DNA of 64,000 nucleotides, taken from positions 1-64,000 of IMG/VR virus record IMGVR_UViG_3300043423_000073, one strand, 5' to 3'. Shown here in pieces: positions 47,801-56,472 of the stretch (within the stretch, counting starts at the first letter, position 1; the number at the start of each line of letters is the position of its first letter). Both the position numbers and the translations under genes were made by a program. The notes under the pieces were generated by a model that saw nothing but the letters and a program-made list of their open reading frames with translations, was not told the origin of the DNA and searched no databases. The stretch is from a virus. Taxonomy: Duplodnaviria > Caudoviricetes.

Positions 47801-49637
47801 CGTCAGTAAACTCGACAATCTCGCTGACGTAGTTGGGCACCAAGTGACCAGGGCACATTAAGAGATAGGGCGCACTGCGGTTTGCCTTGATCTCGTACAA
47901 GATGTCTGTGATGGACAACAGAGATTTACCACCGCCGGCCTTAACGTCGATAACCGCAATGTCGGGGCTGTCCTTGAGCAAGTTGCGCACGCGTGCTTGG
48001 TGAGGCAGCAACCCGCCATCGGTTTCAAAGTTCTTTGTGATAAGTGGGGCGTCAGGTGGCGTCCAATTTGGATCGATGCTCTGGGAAAGAGACGCCTTCT
48101 TCTGGGTGTCCGCCTGAGCCTGAGTCTCAGACATCTGTCCGCCGTAAGCATTCAGCATCTTGGCCATACCAAGCTTCAACATGACGGTCGTAACAGCGTA
48201 GTCCACGTTGAGGCGCTCAATGTTGGTCTCCATTGCGGGCACCACCGCGCGAATAAAGCGAACCAAGGGACGATAAAAATCGTAGTTAGGGTCGCTTGTG
48301 AGGTCGCGGTAGTTTGCAACAGCCAGCCGCTCTTCTTTGCTGCCGTTAGCGAGTTTGCCAATAAAGGCGCCGTACACGTCAGCGATGGGCAAGTCTTTAT
48401 TGTTTTCCAGGAACGCCAGATTAATTCCTGGCTGAGGTGCAAAATCACCGTAGCTGACGTAGTTGCTCATCTTCGCGGTCACGCCGATGCGCGATGCGGC
48501 GGACTGCAAAAAGCTTATCAACGGAGTCACACCCTCAAAGCTACCGCCGTCACGACGAATAACGTTTAGGGCGGAAGCCGCGGTGCACTTGCGCACATGC
48601 TCGAGCGGCAGCACCTGAATGTTGCCGTTACTGTCGGTGTAGGCAAACTTCAAGTTCACCCAATCGGTGAGGACTGGAATGTTGACAGGCAGTTTTGCCT
48701 TTCGCATATTCTCCACGTCGTCATCCGAGGCCAAGGAGAAGCTGCCGTCAGAGTTGCCACCAACACTCGAAAGCATCGTCTCGTACTTTTCGGTGCTGTC
48801 GTGCTCGGCAGGAATGTACAGAGGCAGACCGTCAGAGGAGATGGCAAGGTTATGTTGGTCGACTTGGCGATCTTCGGCCTTGGTCGCAGGCAACGAACGT
48901 GCAATGCGAGTAACGCTTGTTGCGGACTTGCCGTACTTCTTCGGCACATAAGCCGCGTCGGCCCAAGCTGCGATAAGAGGATGCATGTCGACAGGACGAA
49001 TGGTCACCCAATCGGTGTTGGTCATGTATTCGCACTCTGTCGGCTGCGCTTTCAACACGCAGTAGACGTAGCGATTACGAACTTCCAGGCCAACAAGGCA
49101 CTCTTTCAACATGCCGGCAACATGCGCAGGAAACTTTCCGTTCTGCAGAATGACTGAGGCAGGGATCTTGCGGCCCACCGAGAACTCTTGCAGAATGTCG
49201 GTGGCGACGGTGGAGGAAGAGAACAGCTTCCAGGTTGCAGCAAGCTGGTCCACCTTGCACAGAGGCAAGTGGATTTCAAAATGACCATCCGCACCCAACA
49301 CCTTGCGGACGGATGCGAAGCGACCAATGTGATCATCAAGACGACGAACCTTTGCCCAGGAGTTGAGGCTTGTGCGACCGGAAGATTCTTCCTCTGCGCC
49401 TTCCGCATTCTTTTCTGGTCGCCGGAGTTTAAGGCGGGTGAGAGGAATCGCAGTAGCGTCTGGGTGCGCACTGAACAGGAGTCGCATGAAGAGGGAAGTA
49501 GGATCAACCCCGGTGTAGGTCTTGAGGAACATGCCCAAGAACGAAGACTTTTTTGCGTCCTTGCTCAATGCGTATTCTGCGTTAGGCTTGAGGGAAGAAC
49601 CCGTGCCGTGTTTTTGGAAGGCAAGCAATGTGCTCAT
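44892..49637 (-). CDS. giant SNF2/SWI2-family helicase (~1580 aa)
   Basis: LLPHQ, AGGGKS, MMDESH, ATGT, VGLNLQ, WNPG...Q...RV.R motifs; start MSTLL coupled by ATGA. Confidence 0.85.
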   Translation of the reverse strand: MSTLLAFQKHGTGSSLKPNAEYALSKDAKKSSFLGMFLKTYTGVDPTSLFMRLLFSAHPDATAIPLTRLKLRRPEKNAEGAEEESSGRTSLNSWAKVRRLDDHIGRFASVRKVLGADGHFEIHLPLCKVDQLAATWKLFSSSTVATDILQEFSVGRKIPASVILQNGKFPAHVAGMLKECLVGLEVRNRYVYCVLKAQPTECEYMTNTDWVTIRPVDMHPLIAAWADAAYVPKKYGKSATSVTRIARSLPATKAEDRQVDQHNLAISSDGLPLYIPAEHDSTEKYETMLSSVGGNSDGSFSLASDDDVENMRKAKLPVNIPVLTDWVNLKFAYTDSNGNIQVLPLEHVRKCTAASALNVIRRDGGSFEGVTPLISFLQSAASRIGVTAKMSNYVSYGDFAPQPGINLAFLENNKDLPIADVYGAFIGKLANGSKEERLAVANYRDLTSDPNYDFYRPLVRFIRAVVPAMETNIERLNVDYAVTTVMLKLGMAKMLNAYGGQMSETQAQADTQKKASLSQSIDPNWTPPDAPLITKNFETDGGLLPHQARVRNLLKDSPDIAVIDVKAGGGKSLLSITDILYEIKANRSAPYLLMCPGHLVPNYVSEIVEFTDGSVNVIPFTTDNIKSSGYARYEQILEAAPLNTVLVVDYGVLKYGQQSAVYGTATVTVFPVVEMIRKFKPGYAMMDESHMLKNLKTATSIAVRSLVAAIPKKRIATGTLSPDSPSDLPGQLALLDPSIVGDKEEFNTRFAHPEIKYSGSGRVTRWMPNAGGIVMGTVKQNAVWCTAKRREWAAALPPRTDRMIKVTLTPRQRECYDALFDDMVASLKAEASKDKKARALLEKLTGKKASKQDEDDFGDLGDDEAGDSGDTVEDLLDDSNDIGAALQPHISALERFVSNPADHPYAMNGWVRVDEETGQETRHPPLTGDDLRSPKAVELEARIREWLSTKTSKVIVFANQKPSVRALWEQLPDDLRAQGLMYEAGDKVSLINKFKTNPKVRWMIGIRHSMEVGLNLQAAGYLIRVEGCWNPGEQEQGDSRVERPKFGEGGDKRDMLLFDTIVADATIDVTKAARLRAKMLAVAKFENPTDEAYQAIPDIPVFKMTLDNIRTMNDFDSNIKQYQDSMSLLNRVIKDDYAAYRKEIEEQGGFKLTNIKRAPTPPECALLSRVPYAKGTDLYSKEELGLVRLDNYLGNDVVDVSDEDDSADEGDGGGGKDDALVQAQLAKIVGMRCHTEVGDGVIIGGGSRSKSVGVDRVTVRLDDGSLISQGWATKVFVVTRKETNSVDMRNKLAKAAGLPVTGEITVPAPIVKLRPLTKKERLEQEAVRKEEERRNAKAKKKQKAAMSVGLHLSIVNGYMRIAYDDGDKDAIAALQSVGFKYDQPYVETRLRNHAHLIKQARVWAEAGFNTTKEVDNDSLALLAQELATGALRTAKHYVRTTGSFANYMRKMFKPQPDKMMLNIFGIVTDGGLSDPRNNKKAEKEGTTPAYGIAYLCLPYGAAFPATRLAISPKYKVPGTMWYIVENNVSMFVNSLDAAKKVVEDLELLGVTVSNKDELNKAVRSVRKVMPKSDSTLDLIVE

Positions 49638-50254
49638 ATTTGAAGAGGCCTCGTGTTTAATGGTCTGCGTGCTGATGCAACGGGCAACCAAAGTTGATTT
49701 AATATGTACCGCTCGTCTGTCAGTGAGTGCTGAGCAGCGGGAAGCATTGGGCAGTTAATCGTGTAGCCTATGACCCAACGATGCCGCTCGCAAATCATTG
49801 GGTTGTAGACAAAGAATGTCGTCGCAGGATCAATGACCAGGACCGTTCGGCGTTGCTGCCGAATACGCTTGAAGCGATACGGAAGTGGAATGGCCTTGAC
49901 CCAGTTCTCAAAGGTTGGGTCGGCAGTAACCTGCACAGACACAGTGAGGCGAAACCCGCCTGGATAGAACTCAACCTGCCTCACAGGTCGGCGCCGGTAG
50001 ACAACCGGGGCAAGAAAGTCTGTCAGGTTGATGAAGCGAACAACGCGGGCGCGACGTCTGGCAAGAAAGTTACGCACGTCGCTGTTACCGACGGTGCTGC
50101 GTGAGTACGGCTCGATGCCAGCCTCGTAGCAAAGCTCCTCGAAGCGCCTATGTATGCTGTCCTCCGCCTGATTGTCAGTTTCAAACGCCGCCATCCACAA
50201 CTCAATCGCTGCGGGGTTCACATGCTTTGGTGGACGAAGAGGATGCAGAATCAT
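49634..50254 (-). CDS. hypothetical protein
   Basis: Coupled at both ends. Confidence 0.6.
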   Translation of the reverse strand: MILHPLRPPKHVNPAAIELWMAAFETDNQAEDSIHRRFEELCYEAGIEPYSRSTVGNSDVRNFLARRRARVVRFINLTDFLAPVVYRRRPVRQVEFYPGGFRLTVSVQVTADPTFENWVKAIPLPYRFKRIRQQRRTVLVIDPATTFFVYNPMICERHRWVIGYTINCPMLPAAQHSLTDERYILNQLWLPVASARRPLNTRPLQI

Positions 50255-50463
50255 AGGGGATCGAGCAGCATGTTGCGACTTACGTCATCCATCAACAATG
50301 GTTGCTCTTCTGCTGGCTCGATAGAGCCGTCGTCAGTGGTGAGCAGCTGGATCTCAGGTGTCTCTTCGGTATGCTGGTCTGTGAGCAAGTTGACGTAGGT
50401 ATCAGGGGAGGCAGCAGGCTGTTCCCTTGAGGCGTAAAGACGTGATGCAGCGTTGAGTCTCAT
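50251..50463 (-). CDS. leader-tagged acidic 70-aa protein
   Basis: MRLNAASRLYAS; RBS GGAGG. Confidence 0.7.
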   Translation of the reverse strand: MRLNAASRLYASREQPAASPDTYVNLLTDQHTEETPEIQLLTTDDGSIEPAEEQPLLMDDVSRNMLLDPL

Positions 50464-50476
50464 TCAATATCCTCCC

Positions 50477-50776
50477 TTAGCGATTAATGTGGTTGTGACG
50501 TTGCTTATGGCAGGACTCACAAATGCTGATAAGGTTTGACATTGTGGTGCTGCCTCCCCTCGATAGCGGAATCACGTGATGCACTTCCTTGGCAGGCGCA
50601 CCACAGGCAGCACCGTTTTTGCGCACTCTGCACCTACCACCGTCCCGCTTGATAACGGATGCCCGCATGTCCCACCAACTACCTGACTCAAGAGAGGAGT
50701 AAGAAGCGCGTACAATGCGAGCAGTGCCGTTTTTGTTTTTCAGAACTTTGGGTTTGGTGAACTTACTCCAGGCCAT
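50477..50776 (-). CDS. HNH endonuclease
   Basis: RDG..C...EVHHVIPLSRGG...NL...C..CH...H. Confidence 0.9.
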   Translation of the reverse strand: MAWSKFTKPKVLKNKNGTARIVRASYSSLESGSWWDMRASVIKRDGGRCRVRKNGAACGAPAKEVHHVIPLSRGGSTTMSNLISICESCHKQRHNHINR

Positions 50777-50802
50777 ACATACAACCTCACCATTTCTATG
50801 GC

Positions 50803-50812
50803 ATAAAATTAG
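50803..50812 (-). promoter_or_regulatory. putative late promoter core CTAATTTTAT
   Basis: Upstream of the HNH/SNF2/protease operon. Confidence 0.65.
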
Positions 50813-50815
50813 TGT

Positions 50816-51718
50816 ATTTATCTTCCGGGGAAAGAACGCCTTGTACCTTTAACCGTAAAACTTTTTAACCCAGTTGGTGAGCAGCAATTCATTTCGGCCA
50901 GTAAGTAGCTGTGCCTTACCACTACCGGGCGACTGCCTTCGCATTTCTTTTAGAACAATCTGGGTTACAGAGCCTGAGTATTGTCGGTAGAATGAGGCGT
51001 TAACCGGATTTTCTGTGTCCGTGTACCAAAATGTATTAGGCAGACATAGCTGTAGGGTTTGCCTCAAAGTTTCGGACGTCCAGCGACTGCCATATGTTTC
51101 GATAGGGTTAGACATGTACGGCGGGTCGGCGTACACAAAGGAGCCTTTCTGGACCTTTACGTTTCTAAAATCGTCACATACCAGGTCTATAGACTGCGCC
51201 CGTTCGTGTAATCGAATGTAAGAGGCTTTATCGTAGGGTGTAAAGCGGAGGCCAGAGCTTTGATTAAAACCGTTAGGGCCAAAACGAATCAAACCGTTTA
51301 TACAGCTGCGCGCCAACAACAGCAAACCCAAACCCGTCTTTCTGTGGTTAGACGCCCATAGAGTTGAGTTAAACCAGTCTCTATAAAGATAGTAATCTTC
51401 CTTTCTAGCGAGACGCCATCTCCTACAGACATAGGTCTGCAGCTTGTCCATGTCTTTCCATGAAAAGTCCTTGATCGCCTTATGCATAAGAATTACATTT
51501 GGATCTATGTCCACGGCAATGTGTTTTTTAGAGACGTCCACATTATAAGAAACAAGTCCACTGCCCACGAACAGATCATAAAATCTGCCCTCTATTCTAG
51601 CCGGCAGGTACTTTAGTAGGTGATGTTTTATTCCTGGGTAAGGAAAAGTTTTGTCCATACTGATATTCCTAGCAGGAGGCTTCACTGAGGTTTACATTTA
51701 TCTTCCGGGGAAAGAACG
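50816..51718. mobile_element. dam cassette bounded by a 23-bp direct repeat
   Basis: ATTTATCTTCCGGGGAAAGAACG at 50816-50838 and 51696-51718. Confidence 0.65.
50849..51658 (-). CDS. dam: DNA adenine methyltransferase (Dam/D12 class)
   Basis: YPGIK, DLFVGSG, NGL.R....FN, YADPPY, ELL..N. Confidence 0.88.
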   Translation of the reverse strand: MDKTFPYPGIKHHLLKYLPARIEGRFYDLFVGSGLVSYNVDVSKKHIAVDIDPNVILMHKAIKDFSWKDMDKLQTYVCRRWRLARKEDYYLYRDWFNSTLWASNHRKTGLGLLLLARSCINGLIRFGPNGFNQSSGLRFTPYDKASYIRLHERAQSIDLVCDDFRNVKVQKGSFVYADPPYMSNPIETYGSRWTSETLRQTLQLCLPNTFWYTDTENPVNASFYRQYSGSVTQIVLKEMRRQSPGSGKAQLLTGRNELLLTNWVKKFYG

Positions 51719-53173
51719 GTACCCACCAAAGAGTGAAGCCGGTGTCAACAACAAACCAACGGCGGCTGTCCGACCTGCGCGGTGCATATCGCCTGTGCCA
51801 TTGCCTGAACTGTTGCCGGAGCCGTCACCGCGTGTGATGCCTTTGATGACCAAGTTCTGCTTGAATGGCTTGACCTCGTTATCGAGAACCGCCTGGATCT
51901 TTGACGCCATTGAGTCCAGCATCGCAGTCCTGTCTACGTCAAGGCTGATGGCAGAACCAGAGAAAGAAAAAGCCTTCTCGCCTTCCAAAACATATTGGGC
52001 GTCTAAAGCAAATTTCTCAGCGTAGAGCAACCAAAATTCCCGTATGCCTGCCAGCGCATTGGTAAAGGTGAACGAGGTTAGAACACCGTAGGCTCCGTTG
52101 AAAGCGTCGCCTGCTCGACGCAACCACTTAACAATCTCTGTGGCTGGAAACTGAGAGTCAGGTGTACCGTACAAAGTCTGGCGTGCTTTGTTAACCTTGC
52201 CCTTCACATCATCGATTGCCTGTATGAGTGAGGCATTCACAATGTACAAGGCACAGCTTTCGCGGTAGGTCTGCGCAGGCGTATTCCAGAACTTCCACAC
52301 AACCTGGTAGGGGACGAGGCTTACGGCAAGCGCGGAAGTGTCTAGGGTGCCGCCCACAAAGTAACCTCGGGCCACACGCTCAGGGTTAGCGCAGGTTAGC
52401 GAGGCAATCTTTTCATTGTTCTGGTAAATCTCCAGGACATAGTTTTGGAATACCGTTTCGGTCACCAAGCTTAGCGTAGCCAAATCACCTTGCATCTCAA
52501 TGCTGTCCTGCGCACCAATCTGCATGTCAGGAAAACCACGGACACGCAGTGCCTCGTAGTGGTAGGCGTTCTTCCCATCAGGCAAAGTCAAAAGGTAGCG
52601 CAGCTGATAAGGTTCGTCTATCGTAGGCGGAATGTCGCTAGGTACGGTGATGACCGCACGGGCAGTTACGAACGTTGCGGTACCAGTCTCGCGAATGGTG
52701 TACTCGAAGGCGTTACCCGAAGAGTACACCGTGCCGTCAGTGCCGAGGACGTCCCACATCACGTAGCCGCCTGCCGCGCTGACAGAAGGAGCAAGCTGAA
52801 ACTGGGCAGTTGCAAGCGCAGACTTGCCAGCCTCAAGGTCGTCAACCAGGTCTTGGTAAGAGCCAGGGTCTATGCTCTTGTTGGGGTTAAACGTGTTCTC
52901 CTCGGCAAGCACCACAAGCATTATCTCAAAGACACGACTGCTCGTGGTGACGGTCACTGGAATGCCGTAGGTAGATCGCGGAGCCCCGCCTGCGATAGCC
53001 ACCACCAAGGTGGGGCCAGTTGAGATCAGAGACGCTGTCAAGGCTGGGGACGTGGCGGGGGTTATTAAACCGAGCACCGCTGTTGCTACAGTCTCGCCTG
53101 CGTTAAGCGCAAGCGCCTGCTGCAAGGTCAAGCTCTCGGAAGCCTTTTTGGTGTGAACGTAGGTTGCAATCAT
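51698..53173 (-). CDS. virion structural (head-tail/neck-like) protein
   Basis: 491 aa; FSFSGSAISLD..R C-terminal pattern; late operon. Confidence 0.55.
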   Translation of the reverse strand: MIATYVHTKKASESLTLQQALALNAGETVATAVLGLITPATSPALTASLISTGPTLVVAIAGGAPRSTYGIPVTVTTSSRVFEIMLVVLAEENTFNPNKSIDPGSYQDLVDDLEAGKSALATAQFQLAPSVSAAGGYVMWDVLGTDGTVYSSGNAFEYTIRETGTATFVTARAVITVPSDIPPTIDEPYQLRYLLTLPDGKNAYHYEALRVRGFPDMQIGAQDSIEMQGDLATLSLVTETVFQNYVLEIYQNNEKIASLTCANPERVARGYFVGGTLDTSALAVSLVPYQVVWKFWNTPAQTYRESCALYIVNASLIQAIDDVKGKVNKARQTLYGTPDSQFPATEIVKWLRRAGDAFNGAYGVLTSFTFTNALAGIREFWLLYAEKFALDAQYVLEGEKAFSFSGSAISLDVDRTAMLDSMASKIQAVLDNEVKPFKQNLVIKGITRGDGSGNSSGNGTGDMHRAGRTAAVGLLLTPASLFGGYRSFPGR

Positions 53174-53182
53174 TTGATATCC

Positions 53183-54166
53183 TTAAATCCAGACTTCTGG
53201 CAGGCCCTTGTAGGTCAAAGTAATGGACTTCCCACCTTTTAGGTAAGACTCACCCGCGAAATTCTTGCCTACAAACTTTCCTTTGAACAGGCGGCCTTGA
53301 TAGGCGACAACCACAGGTACACCCGGTCTTGGCTTGCCTGGGTACTTTGTGAGTCCTACCTCTTCTGGCAAAACACGAGGGCCAAACTTGCGAGTTAGCT
53401 CGGACTCTTTTAACGCTGCGTCCTTTGCACTCTCGTACTCAGCTTCCTCGGTTGTGTCATATCGACTAGGGTTGAGGCCGCACTTGCGCATCCAGCCTTG
53501 CCACACAGGACCGTGACCGCCTTCGTCTCGATCTCGACTTTGGCTTATTTGGTGAGCGGCTGCATGGCACATCTCATGCACAAACGTCTCGGCAAAGAAG
53601 TCTAGGTCTGCGTTAAAAGTCTTGCCCCACATCCAAAGATGCCCTGCGGAAAAATTAGTGCCTCCTCGGTAAACACCCCGCGCTGTCTTGAGCTTAGGAG
53701 AGAAAGGAGTGAGCGTGGTTGTGATGCTAGGCTCGTCGAGGCGATTACCAAAATACTCTTTGTTCGCCCATTGGAAGAGTTTCTTCATGAAGGGCACACG
53801 CTTGGATTGAGTAGCCTGAGCAAAAGGATACGCCTTGGCTAACACCTCTGGTACTTTGTTGCCTATGCCTTGAACGTGGTGCTTACTTGTTTTTGTTTTT
53901 TCGACCTTGCTCTCGTCGACCAACCGCAGCATGTGGGTGGCTACGGCAACCCCTAACCTACCTACGCCCGGAATGTCAAACACCAAAACCTTTCCGTCTT
54001 GCGCCACAGAGGGCGCTTGCAGCCGTTGCTTAAGGCTACGAACGTCAACCGAGTCAAACGTGTAGGTGTATTTCTTGTCCTCAACCTTTTTCAACACTAA
54101 ACCAGTAAAGCCGTGATTGTGAAGCACCTCGGTTACCTCAGCGGGCTTAAGACTCGCAGTTATCAT
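53183..54166 (-). CDS. SprT-like zinc metalloprotease
   Basis: N..YF...L; HEMCH; GHGPVWQ. Confidence 0.85.
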   Translation of the reverse strand: MITASLKPAEVTEVLHNHGFTGLVLKKVEDKKYTYTFDSVDVRSLKQRLQAPSVAQDGKVLVFDIPGVGRLGVAVATHMLRLVDESKVEKTKTSKHHVQGIGNKVPEVLAKAYPFAQATQSKRVPFMKKLFQWANKEYFGNRLDEPSITTTLTPFSPKLKTARGVYRGGTNFSAGHLWMWGKTFNADLDFFAETFVHEMCHAAAHQISQSRDRDEGGHGPVWQGWMRKCGLNPSRYDTTEEAEYESAKDAALKESELTRKFGPRVLPEEVGLTKYPGKPRPGVPVVVAYQGRLFKGKFVGKNFAGESYLKGGKSITLTYKGLPEVWI

Positions 54167-54567
54167 TTCTTCCTCGCATAGTAGTTAAGCAGTGCTGCTT
54201 TCAGCTTAGGGTGCATAGGTGAAGGCATTTTGTGCGCCGCCCAGCGAAAATCGGTGTGCTCGTGATTAAGCACCGGAACAAACTCTTCATTCACGAAGCT
54301 GAAAAAGTTGTGGTAGACAAAGCCGTTCGAGCGGGCGACCGCGAAGGGTATGAGCTTGTAGATACCAGAGTAGCCGCCCTCCTCGAAGACCTCTCGCCTA
54401 AGGCCTTGCTCAATGGTCTCGCCGTACTCAACGCCGCCCCCTAGGCAGCACCAGGTGTTTGGCTCATCGCACCGAGAGCTACGCTTGACAAAGAGCACAC
54501 GCCCTGTCGAGCGAGCCACGAAAAGAACACCTGCACCTACACCTGTTGAAGTTTCTGCCTTAATCAT
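54163..54567 (-). CDS. Nudix hydrolase
   Basis: GGGVEYGETIEQGLRREVFEEGG Nudix box; LNHEH...W. Confidence 0.9.
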   Translation of the reverse strand: MIKAETSTGVGAGVLFVARSTGRVLFVKRSSRCDEPNTWCCLGGGVEYGETIEQGLRREVFEEGGYSGIYKLIPFAVARSNGFVYHNFFSFVNEEFVPVLNHEHTDFRWAAHKMPSPMHPKLKAALLNYYARKK

Positions 54568-54743
54568 TGTTTTTGCCATCAAGTTGCTTGACTATTTTCT
54601 GTGCCCAACGGAAACCAGCGTCACCGCCCCAACCCCAACCCCAACCCAGCCAAGGCCTGCCTGGCTGCGTCCTGCGCGCCTTTAGGCGGTGTGAGATCTA
54701 TGTCTTTGGAGGAGGCAAGACGAAAGGCAGCGAGCAGTTTCAT
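54560..54743 (-). pseudogene. leader-tagged, internally deleted/frameshifted phage head-associated protein (PPxxA..AARxAL ... WxxWGGDAG.RWA family)
   Basis: Frame 1 MKLLAAFRLASSKDIDLTPPKGAQDAARQAL...*; frame 2 ...WLGWGWGWGGDAGFRWAQKIVKQLD*. Confidence 0.6.
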
Positions 54744-54761
54744 TTTCTACTTTCGAGGTGG

Positions 54762-55409
54762 TTACGGAGAGGCGCGAGTCAGAATAACTCTCAGGTTACG
54801 ACCTTCGTCTGACTCTTTCCAATGTTTGCTAATCTCGTAGGTTAGATGAGGAGCAGGCTCCCAGCGGTCGCCGCCGTTAACAATGTTGAGAAGGTCAACA
54901 GTGTAAGTGTCGTCTACGCAAACCGCAAGGTACTTTGCCTGTGGCGTCAGTAGCTTTTTCCAAAAGTAGGCGCCTGCCGATGATTGTTGGCTGTCGGTGA
55001 TCGCGGCATTGCCGTTTGATGCAAGGTAGTCCCAAAAGATTTTGGTTGCAAGACCTTTAAGCTTTGCTCTGTCTGCCGTTGCACCAAACGCCACTGAGGC
55101 CTGCAACCACAAGTCAAAGTTCTGCAAAAGCCTTCTAACTTTAGGCGTTGCGGTAAAACTCACAGAGTAGACCTGATTAACGTACTGCGGCTGTTCCTTT
55201 GAGTCTAGCGCCACAAAGAACCAGGCGTTTCTGTCATGCGGATCGACATAGGTGTGAACGCTATGCTGGCCGTAATCAAAAAGATGTTGCCGATGCTTAA
55301 GGCGCGCAAAGTCGTCAAACCAAGTGCTCTCGTAAACTTCGGGTATAACCTGAGGCATACCTTCTAACGACCAACGCGCACCTAAACGTTCTGCTACGGC
55401 AATTTTCAT
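54762..55409 (-). CDS. leader-tagged GNAT-like protein
   Basis: MKIAVAERLGA; KGLATKIF...TDSQQS.AG..FW. Confidence 0.6.
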   Translation of the reverse strand: MKIAVAERLGARWSLEGMPQVIPEVYESTWFDDFARLKHRQHLFDYGQHSVHTYVDPHDRNAWFFVALDSKEQPQYVNQVYSVSFTATPKVRRLLQNFDLWLQASVAFGATADRAKLKGLATKIFWDYLASNGNAAITDSQQSSAGAYFWKKLLTPQAKYLAVCVDDTYTVDLLNIVNGGDRWEPAPHLTYEISKHWKESDEGRNLRVILTRASP

Positions 55410-55888
55410 TTTGCGTCTTCTATTCGTAAGCCCGTCAGGGCTAGCTCGGCAGGCTCGACCGGGTAAGAAGCTTCCTGCCCGGAGGACATACCTGATATGA
55501 GCGTAATGTGTGGGCGGTAATCGTCGAAAGTTGGGACTAACCCGAAATCCGCAGCTAGTTTAGCGTGGAAGCGAGCGAGGTCTGGACTGTCGAGCTCAAG
55601 CACCAAGTAGTAGTCCTCGTCGGCGCCGCGCCATACCGTCAACGCTTTTGCCGTCGCCTTGAAGGCCTGCGCCTGGCTGAGAACTGCAAGCTGCTGCGCG
55701 GCAGTGAGCACGCTATTAGGCGCGTACATCACAGTGCAGTGCATATCCGCAGGCACGGCTAGTCGTCCACCGTGCTGCACTTTTAAGAACTTGCGCAGGA
55801 GGCTTTCCAAATAGCCATAGGAGCTCTTTTGTGGCACCACAGAAATGTAGGTACCCGTGTTTGCTTTGTAGCGACTCTCAACTTTCAT
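55406..55888 (-). CDS. 2H phosphoesterase (Acb1/T4 57B-like)
   Basis: GTYI N-terminus; two HxT motifs, MHCTVMY and YRPHITL; LVLELDSP.L...H. Confidence 0.75.
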   Translation of the reverse strand: MKVESRYKANTGTYISVVPQKSSYGYLESLLRKFLKVQHGGRLAVPADMHCTVMYAPNSVLTAAQQLAVLSQAQAFKATAKALTVWRGADEDYYLVLELDSPDLARFHAKLAADFGLVPTFDDYRPHITLISGMSSGQEASYPVEPAELALTGLRIEDAK

Positions 55889-55904
55889 GGTGACCTTTCT
55901 GGCA

Positions 55905-56465
55905 TCAAACGTAGTCCTTGTGCATGAGTATTCGCGCACCTTTAAGATTTTTGCTAACGACGTCTTTGTTTTTAGCCAGCCTATCCCAGAGCAATTTAGC
56001 TGCTGGCGCGTGACCTTTTGTTATCAACACTATACCGCTTTGCAAGGCTTTCATGTAAATGAAGGTGGCTAAGCCTTTACCTGCTAACTCTTTTGAAAAA
56101 TCTATATGCGGTACGGCCAGGTTTTTGTAGTTGGTCGCAATCTTCTGCCCTAATTGCTTACCGGCTTCAAAGTCAAAGTACACGTCACCGTAAACGGCAA
56201 AACGCTCGCCAACTTTTTTACACACAAATACTAAAGTTCGGTCGTCGGAAGGGTCCATATAGATTAACCAGCCGTCAACGGTAGCGATATGTTTTAAACC
56301 TTTGCTCCTTAACTCGGCAGCTGTATAGTCTAAAACAGGTGCAAAGGGCTTCTTGGGGCCAACGGTGTAACTATGAGTTTTGCGCGGGTTAGCGTTAATC
56401 GAAGTTGCGTTGCTGCTACGGGTGACTGAAGAAGCACAAAGTCTGCTAAAGGCGTTTAGCTGCAT
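55905..56465 (-). CDS. leader-tagged GNAT-like protein
   Basis: Start MQLNAFSRLCAS; GKGLATFIY...GH...A..LWDRL. Confidence 0.65.
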   Translation of the reverse strand: MQLNAFSRLCASSVTRSSNATSINANPRKTHSYTVGPKKPFAPVLDYTAAELRSKGLKHIATVDGWLIYMDPSDDRTLVFVCKKVGERFAVYGDVYFDFEAGKQLGQKIATNYKNLAVPHIDFSKELAGKGLATFIYMKALQSGIVLITKGHAPAAKLLWDRLAKNKDVVSKNLKGARILMHKDYV

Positions 56466-56472
56466 GGTGACC

